Shown here one piece after another: positions 1 to 8,958 of a stretch of DNA of 64,000 bases. Origin of the DNA: Phormidesmis sp. GTDB lineage: Bacteria > Cyanobacteriota > Cyanobacteriia > Leptolyngbyales > Leptolyngbyaceae. Position 1 is the first letter of the stretch. Each line of letters begins with the position of its first letter. The DNA lies in NCBI GenBank assembly GCA_965248535.1, contig CBDFJR010000005.1, forward strand, positions 2,080,001 to 2,144,000, written 5' to 3'. Below the pieces are notes generated by a model. It worked only from the letters and a program-made list of their open reading frames with translations. It had not been told where the DNA came from and did not search any database. Both the position numbers and the translations under genes were made by a program.

Positions 1-2
1 GA

Positions 3-2663
3 ATGACGCTCTCGGCAATCAATACCTTTGGCGGAGTGATGAGCGATCGGGCAAGTGTCCTTGATCTTTTATCTCCGTTTCTTCCGGTTGGTTTCTACTA
101 CAAGGCGTTTAAAAACAAGCGGTTATTCCCTGTTTGGGAGCGCTTGATTCGCACCATGACAGGACTCGGACAAGTAGACTTCTCAACACCTCATAATCGG
201 ACGGCAAAACGCTATGATTTTTGTGATCTCTTAATCGTAGGAGCAGGAGTATCAGGACTCTCAGCGGCTCTCTCAGCGGCAGATCGGGGGGCAGACGTGG
301 TAGTGGTCGATGAGAATGCGAGAGCAGGTGGATCGGGTCACTATCAATTGGGAAATGACACACTCCGACTTGAGAGAACAAACGACTTATTAAACGCTGT
401 TGATAATCATTCGAGAATTCGGCTCTATACCCAAACGCAAGCAGCAGGCTACTACGCCGATCGCTGGATTCCATTATTGGATTGCGATCGCTTAACTAAA
501 CTTCGAGCAAAAGCAGTGATTGTGGCAACGGGAGCCTATGAACAACCTGCCGTGTTTCATAATAATGATTTGCCAGGTGTCATGCTGGCGAGTGCCGCGC
601 AACGACTCATTTATCGCTATGCGGTCAGGCCGATGAATCGAGTTGTTGTCTTGACGGCTAATGCTGATGGCTATCGAGCGGTCATGGACTTGATAGCTCA
701 TGGAGTCACGATCGCTGCCGTGGTTGATCTTAGAGAGAGTTCGTTGAACAGTGAGATGGCCCGATCGCTAGACCAAACCAACATTCCGATTTTCTTGGGA
801 TGCTGCGTCTATGAGGCGAGGGCCAATCCAGGTCGAGATGGCGTATCGGCGGCGGTCATTTGCCCGATCGACGTGAACGGTAACCCGCAAACTGGATTTA
901 GGCAAACGATCGCGTGTGACGGCATTGTGATGAGTGTAGGCTGGGCACCTGCGGCAAACTTGCTCTATCAGGCAGGCACTAAGATGCGGTTTGATCGGCG
1001 ATTGCAGCAGTTTGTTCCAGAGGTTTTGCCGTCTGGCGTGTTTGCCTGTGGTCGGGTGAATGGCGTGTTTGAGTTTGATCAAAAGCTAATAGATGGTCAG
1101 CGATCGGGGCTAGAAGCCGCCGCTTACTTGGGATTGGCAGAGCGCATTGAGGTCACAATCTCGCCCGAACCAGAATCGCCGTCCCATCCGTGGGCGATCG
1201 TTGAACATCCGGCCGGAAAGAATTTTGTAGACTTCGATGAAGACTTGCAGTACAAAGATTTTGTTAACGCTGCTCAAGAAGGATTTGATAACATTGAGTT
1301 GCTCAAACGATATACAACCGTTGGAATGGGAGCGAGTCAAGGAAAACACTCCAATATGAATGCGCTGAGAATCTTAGCGCGCATCACTGGAAAAACTCCC
1401 GGCGAAGTGGGAACAACGACATCACGGCCATTTTTTCATCCAGTTCCGCTTTCGCACTTAGCAGGGCGAGGCTTTACGCCTGAGCGACGCACCCCACTAC
1501 ACAGCCGTCACGCTAGACTGAATGCTAAATTTATGCGGGCAGGAATGTGGCAACGACCGGACTATTATGCCCGATCGGGTAAAAGTCGCGAAGAGTGCAT
1601 TCGGCTCGAAGTTCAGGCAGTCAGGCAGCAGGTGGGGATCATAGATGTTGGCACGTTGGGTAAATTTGAGATTCGGGGAGCAGATGCGGCAGAGTTTTTA
1701 GAGCGAGTTTATGCCGGACGCTATCGCACGATGAAAGTCGGCACTACGCGCTATGCTCTAATGCTGGATGAAACAGGGGTGACGATCGACGATGGCATCA
1801 TCGCTCGGCTCGGAGCAGAGCATTTTTATTTCACCACGACGACCTCAGGCGCTGCAACTATCTATCGGGAGTTGTCTCGACTAAATACGCTGTGGCGATT
1901 AGACTGCGGAATTGTGAATTTAACAGGGGCACGATCGGCGATCAACCTTGCCGGACAATATTCGCGTGATCTGTTGTCTAAAGTGATGGACTTGGATCTC
2001 TCTAGCGTTTCATTTCCTTATCTCGCTGTTCGTGAAACTCATATTCAAGAGATTCCAGTGCTGTTAATGCGAGTTGGCTTTGTAGGTGAGTGGGGCTATG
2101 AGATTCACGTTCCGGCATATTATGCTCTAGCGTTGTGGGATCTGTTAATGAAATCAGGACTTGACTATCAGATTTGTCCGTTTGGCGTAGAAGCGCAGCG
2201 TCTTTTGCGACTCGAAAAAGGACACCTGATTATCGGTCAAGACACTGACGGGTTGACGACTCCATTTGAGGCAGGGCTAGAGTGGGCGGTGAAGATGGAC
2301 AAACCTTTTTTCATCGGTCAGCGCAGTTTACAGGTTCTGTCAAAGCGCCCCGTTAAACAAACCTTAATCGGCTTCTTGCTCGATCCAAATTTTCAAGGAA
2401 CGCCACCGCAGGAGTGTCATTTAATCATTGATCGGGGTGAGATGGCAGGCCGCGTCACGAGCGTTGCCTTTAGTCCCAGTCTTAACCGCTATATCGGACT
2501 CGCTTACGTGAACCTAGAATTAGCAACGATCGGCGATCGCGTCTCGATTCGACTATCAGATGGCACGATCGTCGCCGCAACCGTTGCCCCAACTCCATTC
2601 TACGATCCCGATCATTTACGTCAGCGAGAAGACCTGTTTCAGCGTCAAGAGGTGGCGGTATGA
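3..2663 (+). CDS. soxA: Sarcosine oxidase alpha-like / N-methylglutamate dehydrogenase large subunit (MgdC-like); 5' end probably outside the window
   Basis: Rossmann GAGVSGLSAA motif, ATGAYE..LPGVMLA, KRYTTVGMGASQGK, C-terminal GcvT-like folate-binding domain (DVGTLGK..GEWGYEI..LRLEKGH). Confidence 0.88.
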   Translation: MTLSAINTFGGVMSDRASVLDLLSPFLPVGFYYKAFKNKRLFPVWERLIRTMTGLGQVDFSTPHNRTAKRYDFCDLLIVGAGVSGLSAALSAADRGADVVVVDENARAGGSGHYQLGNDTLRLERTNDLLNAVDNHSRIRLYTQTQAAGYYADRWIPLLDCDRLTKLRAKAVIVATGAYEQPAVFHNNDLPGVMLASAAQRLIYRYAVRPMNRVVVLTANADGYRAVMDLIAHGVTIAAVVDLRESSLNSEMARSLDQTNIPIFLGCCVYEARANPGRDGVSAAVICPIDVNGNPQTGFRQTIACDGIVMSVGWAPAANLLYQAGTKMRFDRRLQQFVPEVLPSGVFACGRVNGVFEFDQKLIDGQRSGLEAAAYLGLAERIEVTISPEPESPSHPWAIVEHPAGKNFVDFDEDLQYKDFVNAAQEGFDNIELLKRYTTVGMGASQGKHSNMNALRILARITGKTPGEVGTTTSRPFFHPVPLSHLAGRGFTPERRTPLHSRHARLNAKFMRAGMWQRPDYYARSGKSREECIRLEVQAVRQQVGIIDVGTLGKFEIRGADAAEFLERVYAGRYRTMKVGTTRYALMLDETGVTIDDGIIARLGAEHFYFTTTTSGAATIYRELSRLNTLWRLDCGIVNLTGARSAINLAGQYSRDLLSKVMDLDLSSVSFPYLAVRETHIQEIPVLLMRVGFVGEWGYEIHVPAYYALALWDLLMKSGLDYQICPFGVEAQRLLRLEKGHLIIGQDTDGLTTPFEAGLEWAVKMDKPFFIGQRSLQVLSKRPVKQTLIGFLLDPNFQGTPPQECHLIIDRGEMAGRVTSVAFSPSLNRYIGLAYVNLELATIGDRVSIRLSDGTIVAATVAPTPFYDPDHLRQREDLFQRQEVAV

Positions 2664-3313
2664 TGCGCCATAGCCCCAATCACGATCAGCTTCAAGCCCT
2701 CAACGGCACTTGGCGCACCATTAACGGAATGCCCTCCCTCGTTTCTATTCTTGGAGATGAGCAGACTGTAGCGCAGTTGAGCATCGCTGATCTGTCATTT
2801 CTCACCCGATTTGGAGTCAAAGGAGCTGGGGCCGCCGCTTGGCTTGAGAGTCAGAATCTTGAGGTGCCCGATCGGGCCAATACCTGGAAATTTCTCGCAG
2901 ATGGCTCAATGATCGCCCGTCTCGGCCTAACAGAATTCTTGATCGAAGATAGCCTCCACAGCAGTTTTGCGCTGCGATTGGCTGAGGCGTGTCAGTCAGT
3001 TCCGGCGCAGGTGTATCCAGTGTTGCGACAAGATGCCGCGATCGTGCTGTGCGGTACAGCGATTCCAGATCTGCTGCGGCAAACTTGTAGCGTTGACGTT
3101 CAAGCGTTCTCTCTTGCAGAACAGCCAGTGATTTTAACCTTGATGGTGGGCGTTAGCGTGACCATGATTCCGATCGCGTCTGATCGCTATCGAATCTGGT
3201 GTGATGGCACATTTGGATCGTATTTGTGGGAGACATTGGTCACGATCGTGCAAGAGTTGGGCGGGGGAGTGGTCGGTGCCGATCGCTTAATCTCAACTCA
3301 GACTATTTTTTAG
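2660..3313 (+). CDS. soxG: Sarcosine oxidase gamma-like subunit (MgdD-like)
   Basis: ATGA overlap with soxA; DLSFLTRFGVKGAGAAAWL..ARLGLTEFLIE..RIWCDGTFGSYLWETL resembles SoxG/GcvT N-domain. Confidence 0.78.
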   Translation: MMRHSPNHDQLQALNGTWRTINGMPSLVSILGDEQTVAQLSIADLSFLTRFGVKGAGAAAWLESQNLEVPDRANTWKFLADGSMIARLGLTEFLIEDSLHSSFALRLAEACQSVPAQVYPVLRQDAAIVLCGTAIPDLLRQTCSVDVQAFSLAEQPVILTLMVGVSVTMIPIASDRYRIWCDGTFGSYLWETLVTIVQELGGGVVGADRLISTQTIF

Positions 3314-3325
3314 TAGAGGACAGTC

Positions 3326-4654
3326 ATGACACCAGCAGAAGCGACTCAATTTCTAGCCGAGCATCAGATCAAATTTGTTCTAGCGCAGTTTGTCGATATC
3401 CACGGAGCCGCCAAAACCAAAGCCGTTCCTGCCTCACACTTTGAGGATATTTTGTGCCCCGGTGCAGGCTTTGCGGGGTTTGCCGTCTGGGGCTTGGGCA
3501 TGAAGCCTAACAGTCCTGATTTTATGGCGGTGGGCGATTTGTCAACGCTCGCGATCGTGCCCTGGATGCCCGGATTTGCCCGCATTGTCTGCGTTGGTTA
3601 TGTCCACGGCAAGCCCTACGCCTACGACACCCGCTTTATCTTACAGCAGCAGATCGAACGCCTGACCCAAAAAGGCTGGGTGCTTAACACCGGAGTCGAG
3701 CCAGAATTTGTGCTGCTTCGCAAAGATGACCAGGGCAAGATTCAGCCCTACGACCCGACCGATACCCTCGATAAACCTTGCTATGACTATAAAGGACTAT
3801 CTCGCAGTTTGACCTTTATTGAGAAGCTGGTGACGAGTCTGCAAGCGGCTGATTTTGATGTCTATCAGATCGATCACGAAGACGCAAACGGTCAATTTGA
3901 AATTAACTACACCTACACAGATTGTTTAACGACCGCCGATCGCTTCATCTATTTCAAAATGGCAGCGTCAGAAATCGCGAAGGAACTGGGGCTAATTTGC
4001 TCGTTTATGCCCAAACCGTTTGCCAATCGCACAGGCACCGGAATGCACATGCACCTGTCACTGTGGGAAGGTGACACGAATATCTTTGCAGATGACACCG
4101 ACCCACGAGATTTAGGACTGTCAAAACTGGCCTATCATTTCATGGCAGGGCTGCTTGCTCACGCTCCCGCCCTAACCGCGATCTGTGCGCCGACGGTGAA
4201 TTCTTATAAACGGTTGGTGGTGGGTCGATCGCTGAGTGGCTCAACCTGGGCACCTGCCTATATTAGTTACGGCGATAACAACCGTTCGAGTATGGTGCGT
4301 GTTCCTGGCGGCCGCTTAGAGTTGCGTCTGGCAGATGGCTCTTGTAACCCATATCTGGCAACGGCGGCCGCGATCGCCGCAGGGCTAGACGGCATCGAAA
4401 AACAACTCGATCCGGGTGAACCGTGGAATGTGAATCTCTATGATTTCTCAAATGCAGAACTGAATGAAAAAGGAATTCAGACCCTCCCACAAAGTTTAAA
4501 AGAAGCGATCGATGCGCTTGCTGCTGATAACGTGATTAAAAATGCGTTGGGCGTTTTGGCTGATGAATTTATTAACCTCAAGCAGATGGAATGGGTCGAA
4601 TATATGCGACACGTTTCTGAATGGGAAGTTCAACGTTATCTAGAATTTTTCTAA
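3326..4654 (+). CDS. gmaS: Type III glutamine synthetase family (GlnT), probable gamma-glutamylmethylamide synthetase
   Basis: [60 protein letters not shown]; sits directly upstream of glxBCD-like genes. Confidence 0.85.
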   Translation: MTPAEATQFLAEHQIKFVLAQFVDIHGAAKTKAVPASHFEDILCPGAGFAGFAVWGLGMKPNSPDFMAVGDLSTLAIVPWMPGFARIVCVGYVHGKPYAYDTRFILQQQIERLTQKGWVLNTGVEPEFVLLRKDDQGKIQPYDPTDTLDKPCYDYKGLSRSLTFIEKLVTSLQAADFDVYQIDHEDANGQFEINYTYTDCLTTADRFIYFKMAASEIAKELGLICSFMPKPFANRTGTGMHMHLSLWEGDTNIFADDTDPRDLGLSKLAYHFMAGLLAHAPALTAICAPTVNSYKRLVVGRSLSGSTWAPAYISYGDNNRSSMVRVPGGRLELRLADGSCNPYLATAAAIAAGLDGIEKQLDPGEPWNVNLYDFSNAELNEKGIQTLPQSLKEAIDALAADNVIKNALGVLADEFINLKQMEWVEYMRHVSEWEVQRYLEFF

Positions 4655-4659
4655 ATACT

Positions 4660-5556
4660 ATGTGTGGAATTGTTGGACTGCTGGTTAAAAAGCCTGAACT
4701 ACGCAAATCACTCGGCGCAATGATGGTGCCGATGCTGATCGGGATGAGCGATCGTGGCCCCGACTCCGCCGGACTCGCGATCTTTACAGAACTGCTAGAC
4801 GAAGGTCACCGCAAATACAGCCTCTATTCGGGTGATCAAGAATTTAATTGGTCAGAATTGCTCTATAAATTTCAATCTCACTTTGAAGGAGATACGGAAA
4901 TTGACAGTCAAGGGAATCACGCTATCTTGATTGCTAATGCCGATCCAAACTCAGCCAAACAATGGATTAAGCAACACTATCCACACCTATATATTTTGTC
5001 TACAGGCCGAGCCATTAATCTCTATAAAGACATCGGCACGCCTCAGCAGGTCAGCGATCGCTATCACTTCAAATCGCTCCAAGGCTCTCACTTGGTCGGT
5101 CACACGCGCATGGCTACCGAGTCGGCCGTGACAGCCGCCCACGCGCACCCGTTTACGGCGGGCGAAGATTTTTGTCTGGTTCACAACGGTTCGCTCTCAA
5201 ACCCCTACGAGATTCGCCGCAAACTTGAGCCGCAGGGCATCCAGTTTGAAACCGACAACGACACCGAAGCTGCCTGTCGCTTTTTAGAGTGGCGAATGCG
5301 GGAAGGAGATGACCTTGAAACTGCCCTTCAGAAAGGCTTTGAGGAGTTAGACGGCTTCTACACATTTCTCATGGGAACGGCGGATAAACTCGCCCTAGTG
5401 CGGGATGCCTTTGCCTGCAAACCCGCGATCGTAGCCGAGACCGATGACTATGTAGCGATCGCATCAGAGTTCCGATCGCTGGCTCATCTGCCCGATGTCA
5501 ATCACGCCCATCTCTACGAACCTGCACCAGAGGAACTGTATGTATGGACAGTGTAA
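4660..5556 (+). CDS. mgsA: Class II glutamine amidotransferase (GlxB / N-methylglutamate synthase subunit A)
   Basis: True start MCGIVG gives the N-terminal Cys nucleophile; RGPDSAG, GHTRMATES, VHNGSLSN, NDTE. Confidence 0.85.
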   Translation: MCGIVGLLVKKPELRKSLGAMMVPMLIGMSDRGPDSAGLAIFTELLDEGHRKYSLYSGDQEFNWSELLYKFQSHFEGDTEIDSQGNHAILIANADPNSAKQWIKQHYPHLYILSTGRAINLYKDIGTPQQVSDRYHFKSLQGSHLVGHTRMATESAVTAAHAHPFTAGEDFCLVHNGSLSNPYEIRRKLEPQGIQFETDNDTEAACRFLEWRMREGDDLETALQKGFEELDGFYTFLMGTADKLALVRDAFACKPAIVAETDDYVAIASEFRSLAHLPDVNHAHLYEPAPEELYVWTV

Positions 5557-6224
5557 TCTTTGACTTGTCACAAACGTCTCTACGCGAGGTGAATCAGTTT
5601 CTTCATCACCATGCAAATGGTCAGTCAATCAAGATTATTAACCCTAATGGGGCACATAATATTGCAGTTGGACTTAATTTGCCGATCGCAGTTGAGATTG
5701 CTGGACATGTTGGTTATTATGCTGCGGGAATGAATCAGTTAGCAACCGTGACGATTGACGGCAATGCAGGCACAGGCGTTGCAGAAAATATGATGTCTGG
5801 ACGGGTTCATGTCAAAGGCTTTGCATCTGTCTCAGCCGGGGCTTCGGCCCAGGGAGGGTTGCTCATCATCGACGGCAACGCCAGCCTGCGCTGTGGCATT
5901 TCACTAAAAGGCGGCGATATTGTAGTGGGGGGCAATGTGGGCAGTTTTTCGGCCTTCATGGCCCAAGCCGGACGAATTGTGATTTGTGGAGATGCGGCTG
6001 ACGCGATCGGAGATTCTCTCTATGAAGCGGTGATCTATCTGCGCGGCAACGCAAAATCTCTGGGAGCAGATGCCCAATTTGAGCCGATGTCAGACACCGA
6101 TTATCAGGCGGTCGGTGAGCTACTCGCCAAAGCCGGGTTGTCTCACGACCCCCAAGATTTTAGGCGCATTGCCTCTGCCAAGCGGCTCTATCACTGGAAC
6201 GCCGACGCTAATCAGGAGTATTAA
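5544..6224 (+). CDS. mgsB: GXGXG beta-helix protein (GlxC / N-methylglutamate synthase subunit B)
   Basis: Repeated GxxG motifs (GHVGYYAAGMN, GNAGTGVAENMMSG, GDSLYEAVIY); overlaps the mgsA end. Confidence 0.85.
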   Translation: MDSVIFDLSQTSLREVNQFLHHHANGQSIKIINPNGAHNIAVGLNLPIAVEIAGHVGYYAAGMNQLATVTIDGNAGTGVAENMMSGRVHVKGFASVSAGASAQGGLLIIDGNASLRCGISLKGGDIVVGGNVGSFSAFMAQAGRIVICGDAADAIGDSLYEAVIYLRGNAKSLGADAQFEPMSDTDYQAVGELLAKAGLSHDPQDFRRIASAKRLYHWNADANQEY

Positions 6225-6226
6225 CC

Positions 6227-7597
6227 ATGAATCAATCTGAATCGGGTCAATCGTTCTCGCTTGAGGAATCGGCAGGCTACGATCGCCGCATTCTCAACTA
6301 CATTCAAAACGCCGCCGCTCATGGACTGTATGAAATTCGGGGGCTAGGTGCCAAACGTCGATTGCCTCACTTTGATGATTTGGTGTTTCTCGGTTCGTCA
6401 CTGAGTCGCTATCCTCTCGAAGGCTATCGCGAAAAATGCACGACCAAGACAATTCTGGGTACTCGCTTTGCTCAAAAACCGATCGAGCTAGAGATGCCGA
6501 TCACGATCGCGGGCATGAGTTTTGGATCACTCTCCGCCAACGTTAAAGAAGCTCTCGGACTCGCCGCCACCCAAGCCGGAACTTCGACGACAACGGGCGA
6601 TGGCGGCATGACTTCAGAAGAACGGCTGTCGTCTAAAACGCTGATTTATCAATGCCTCCCGTCTCGCTATGGGTTTAACCCAGATGATGTTAGGAGGGCA
6701 GACGCGATCGAGATTGTGATCGGTCAAGGCGCAAAACCGGGCGGCGGCGGAATGCTATTGGGACAAAAAATAAATCCTAGAGTGGCAGAAATGCGAACGC
6801 TACCGGAAGGCATTGATCAACGATCGGCCTGTCGGCATCCTGATTGGACAGGGCCCGACGATCTCACCATCAAAATCCAAGAACTGCGAGAACTCACCGA
6901 TTGGGAAAAACCCATCTACGTCAAAATCGGCGCATCGCGGACGTTTAATGATGTCAAACTTGCCGTTCATGCTGGGGCAGATGTGATCGTCTTGGATGGA
7001 ATGCAGGGGGGCACTGCCGCAACTCAGAATGTGTTTATCGAGCATGTCGGCATTCCGACGCTGGCGGCCCTCCGGTTAGCGGTGGAGGCGCTCGAAGAGT
7101 TAGACATGAAAGGAACCGTGCAGTTGATTGTGTCGGGCGGCATTCGCACCGGGGCAGATGTGGCAAAAGCGCTGGCCATGGGGGCTGATGCGGTGTCGAT
7201 CGGGCAGGCCGTTTTGATGGCGATGGGCTGCAATAGTGAAACTTATATTCAACATGATATACATCACTCAGCGATCGCAGACTACAACGCTTTAGGAACT
7301 GCACCCGGATACTGTCATCATTGCCATACAGGTCAATGTCCAGTCGGAATCACTACACAGGATACAATCCTAGAAAAACGCCTAGAAACTCAAGTTGGAG
7401 CACGACGAGTCAAGAACTATCTACAAACCCTGACGATGGAATTAACCACGATCGCTCGTGCGTGCGGCAAGCAAAACGTTCATCACTTAGAACGCGAAGA
7501 TTTAGTTGCTCTCACTCTAGAAGCAGCAGCGATGGCGCGGCTCCCCCTTGCTGGAACAAACTGGATTCCGGGTTGGACATCAGGGGCAAATTTTTAA
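6227..7597 (+). CDS. mgsC: FMN-binding glutamate synthase-like subunit (GlxD / N-methylglutamate synthase subunit C)
   Basis: AGMSFGSLS, TTGDGGM, GQGAKPGGGG, ACRHPDWTGPDDL, Fe-S motif CHHCHTGQCPVG. Confidence 0.87.
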   Translation: MNQSESGQSFSLEESAGYDRRILNYIQNAAAHGLYEIRGLGAKRRLPHFDDLVFLGSSLSRYPLEGYREKCTTKTILGTRFAQKPIELEMPITIAGMSFGSLSANVKEALGLAATQAGTSTTTGDGGMTSEERLSSKTLIYQCLPSRYGFNPDDVRRADAIEIVIGQGAKPGGGGMLLGQKINPRVAEMRTLPEGIDQRSACRHPDWTGPDDLTIKIQELRELTDWEKPIYVKIGASRTFNDVKLAVHAGADVIVLDGMQGGTAATQNVFIEHVGIPTLAALRLAVEALEELDMKGTVQLIVSGGIRTGADVAKALAMGADAVSIGQAVLMAMGCNSETYIQHDIHHSAIADYNALGTAPGYCHHCHTGQCPVGITTQDTILEKRLETQVGARRVKNYLQTLTMELTTIARACGKQNVHHLEREDLVALTLEAAAMARLPLAGTNWIPGWTSGANF

Positions 7598-7651
7598 TAT
7601 TATGTATTCATTCATCCAATCGTTGTAACCTAACTCACCCATGTTTTGACT

Positions 7652-8170
7652 ATGACCTACTTTGAACAGACTGCTAATCTTCCACTCCTCTCATCATCGA
7701 CCTACACAATGTTAACGGCGCTGTTAAACTTTGTGTGTGCGACGACTGACTGGGAATATGGCGAATCCTGGATTCCTAATGAAGCTCTCAACACGCTAGA
7801 GTTAAGCCCTGCCTGGTGTTTAAACAATCAAATGGAGGTTCATCGAGCGATCGCGTGGTCGCAGTTTCAGTTGTGCAGTCAGGCCTTTGTGTTAAACCAA
7901 AATGAAGGCTTGCCTGGGCGGGTTTGGGCCTCTCAAAAACCAGAATGGATGCCTGATGCATCTACTCCGTCAGAAACCTATTTTTTGCGCCATCAAATCG
8001 CTCAAGCCTTTAGCGTCAAAGCAGGATTTGGAGTGCCTATTTTGGTCGATTCTAAAGTGTTAGCGGTGTTGGTTTTTTTCATGTCTGTAGCGCGATCTGA
8101 AAACCCCGATCTGATTCAGCGCACTCAAGCGGCGATCGCAGAATTCAGACAATCCTCTCCCTACGAGTAG
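7652..8170 (+). CDS. Stand-alone GAF domain protein
   Basis: WEYGESWIP..NEGLPGRVW..GFGVPI..VLAVLVFF, typical cyanobacterial GAF; no output domain. Confidence 0.7.
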   Translation: MTYFEQTANLPLLSSSTYTMLTALLNFVCATTDWEYGESWIPNEALNTLELSPAWCLNNQMEVHRAIAWSQFQLCSQAFVLNQNEGLPGRVWASQKPEWMPDASTPSETYFLRHQIAQAFSVKAGFGVPILVDSKVLAVLVFFMSVARSENPDLIQRTQAAIAEFRQSSPYE

Positions 8171-8199
8171 GATAGAAGAGCAGACCACTGGAGAATCTC

Positions 8200-8418
8200 A
8201 TGGCGGGCTATCAAAAAATCGAGTATCGCATCGGCAAAGATGGCAAAGTTGTTGAAACAGTCCTCAACGGGTCGGGCCCAACCTGCGCCGATTTGACACT
8301 AGAAATCGAACACGCGATCGGGACTGTTGAATCACAAAAACGACTGCCGGAGTATGACGAAGGCAACGAATTATTAATCCTAGAGGAGGCTCAAACGCTG
8401 CATCAAGGTGAAGTTTGA
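8200..8418 (+). CDS. DUF2997 family protein
   Basis: IEYRIGKDGKVVETV..GPTCADLT..IEHAIGTV..LPEY; GGAG RBS upstream. Confidence 0.72.
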   Translation: MAGYQKIEYRIGKDGKVVETVLNGSGPTCADLTLEIEHAIGTVESQKRLPEYDEGNELLILEEAQTLHQGEV

Positions 8419-8954
8419 TGACAGATTTTAACCTAATTAGCTTCGGGATTATTCTCACCATTGGGTGCAGTGCTCTGATCTTAAGTTGGCTGGGCGAAGG
8501 CTCCGATCGGGCCAAATCTCCTTCAAAACATGAACTAACTATTGTCGAACTGCAACAGCAATGTCAACGACTCCGCCAAGAATTAAAATCACAAAAATCT
8601 CAACTCACTTCAGATCTTAGCAACGCTAGCTTTAAGCAATTGCAAACGCTACTCACAAACTATCCGACCGCCTCTAAAATGGCCCAGACAAAGCCCGATC
8701 TGCCTGCCCGCAACCTAATTGCTCTCTTTACGCCCTTAGAAAATCTGCTGCAAACCTGGGGCATTGAAGCGATCGGATCTCCCTGGCAGCAGGTGACTTA
8801 CGATCCGCAACTCCATCAGCCTGATGCCGACGATATCGCCGTTGGAGAGAGCGTTTATATCCGATTTGTCGGCTATCGATCTAGGACAGATTCGCACCAA
8901 ATTCTCTGCCCCGCAAAAGTCAGTCGCACCCTTCCCGCCACGATTTCTGAGTGA
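8415..8954 (+). CDS. Membrane-anchored GrpE-like protein
   Basis: N-terminal TM helix, coiled coil, C-terminal GIEAIG..YDPQLHQ..VGY..ILCPAKVS matching the GrpE head. Confidence 0.7.
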   Translation: MMTDFNLISFGIILTIGCSALILSWLGEGSDRAKSPSKHELTIVELQQQCQRLRQELKSQKSQLTSDLSNASFKQLQTLLTNYPTASKMAQTKPDLPARNLIALFTPLENLLQTWGIEAIGSPWQQVTYDPQLHQPDADDIAVGESVYIRFVGYRSRTDSHQILCPAKVSRTLPATISE

Positions 8955-8958
8955 TCTT

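Noticed and set aside
3326..4654. Calling this gene the housekeeping glutamine synthetase glnA
   Set aside because: Sequence motifs are GlnT/GmaS-type and the context is glxBCD/sox.
7604..7640. GTA-N8-TCC and GTA-N8-CAC sequences as NtcA sites before the GAF gene
   Set aside because: Both are mismatched and lack a properly spaced -10 box; expected by chance in AT-rich DNA.
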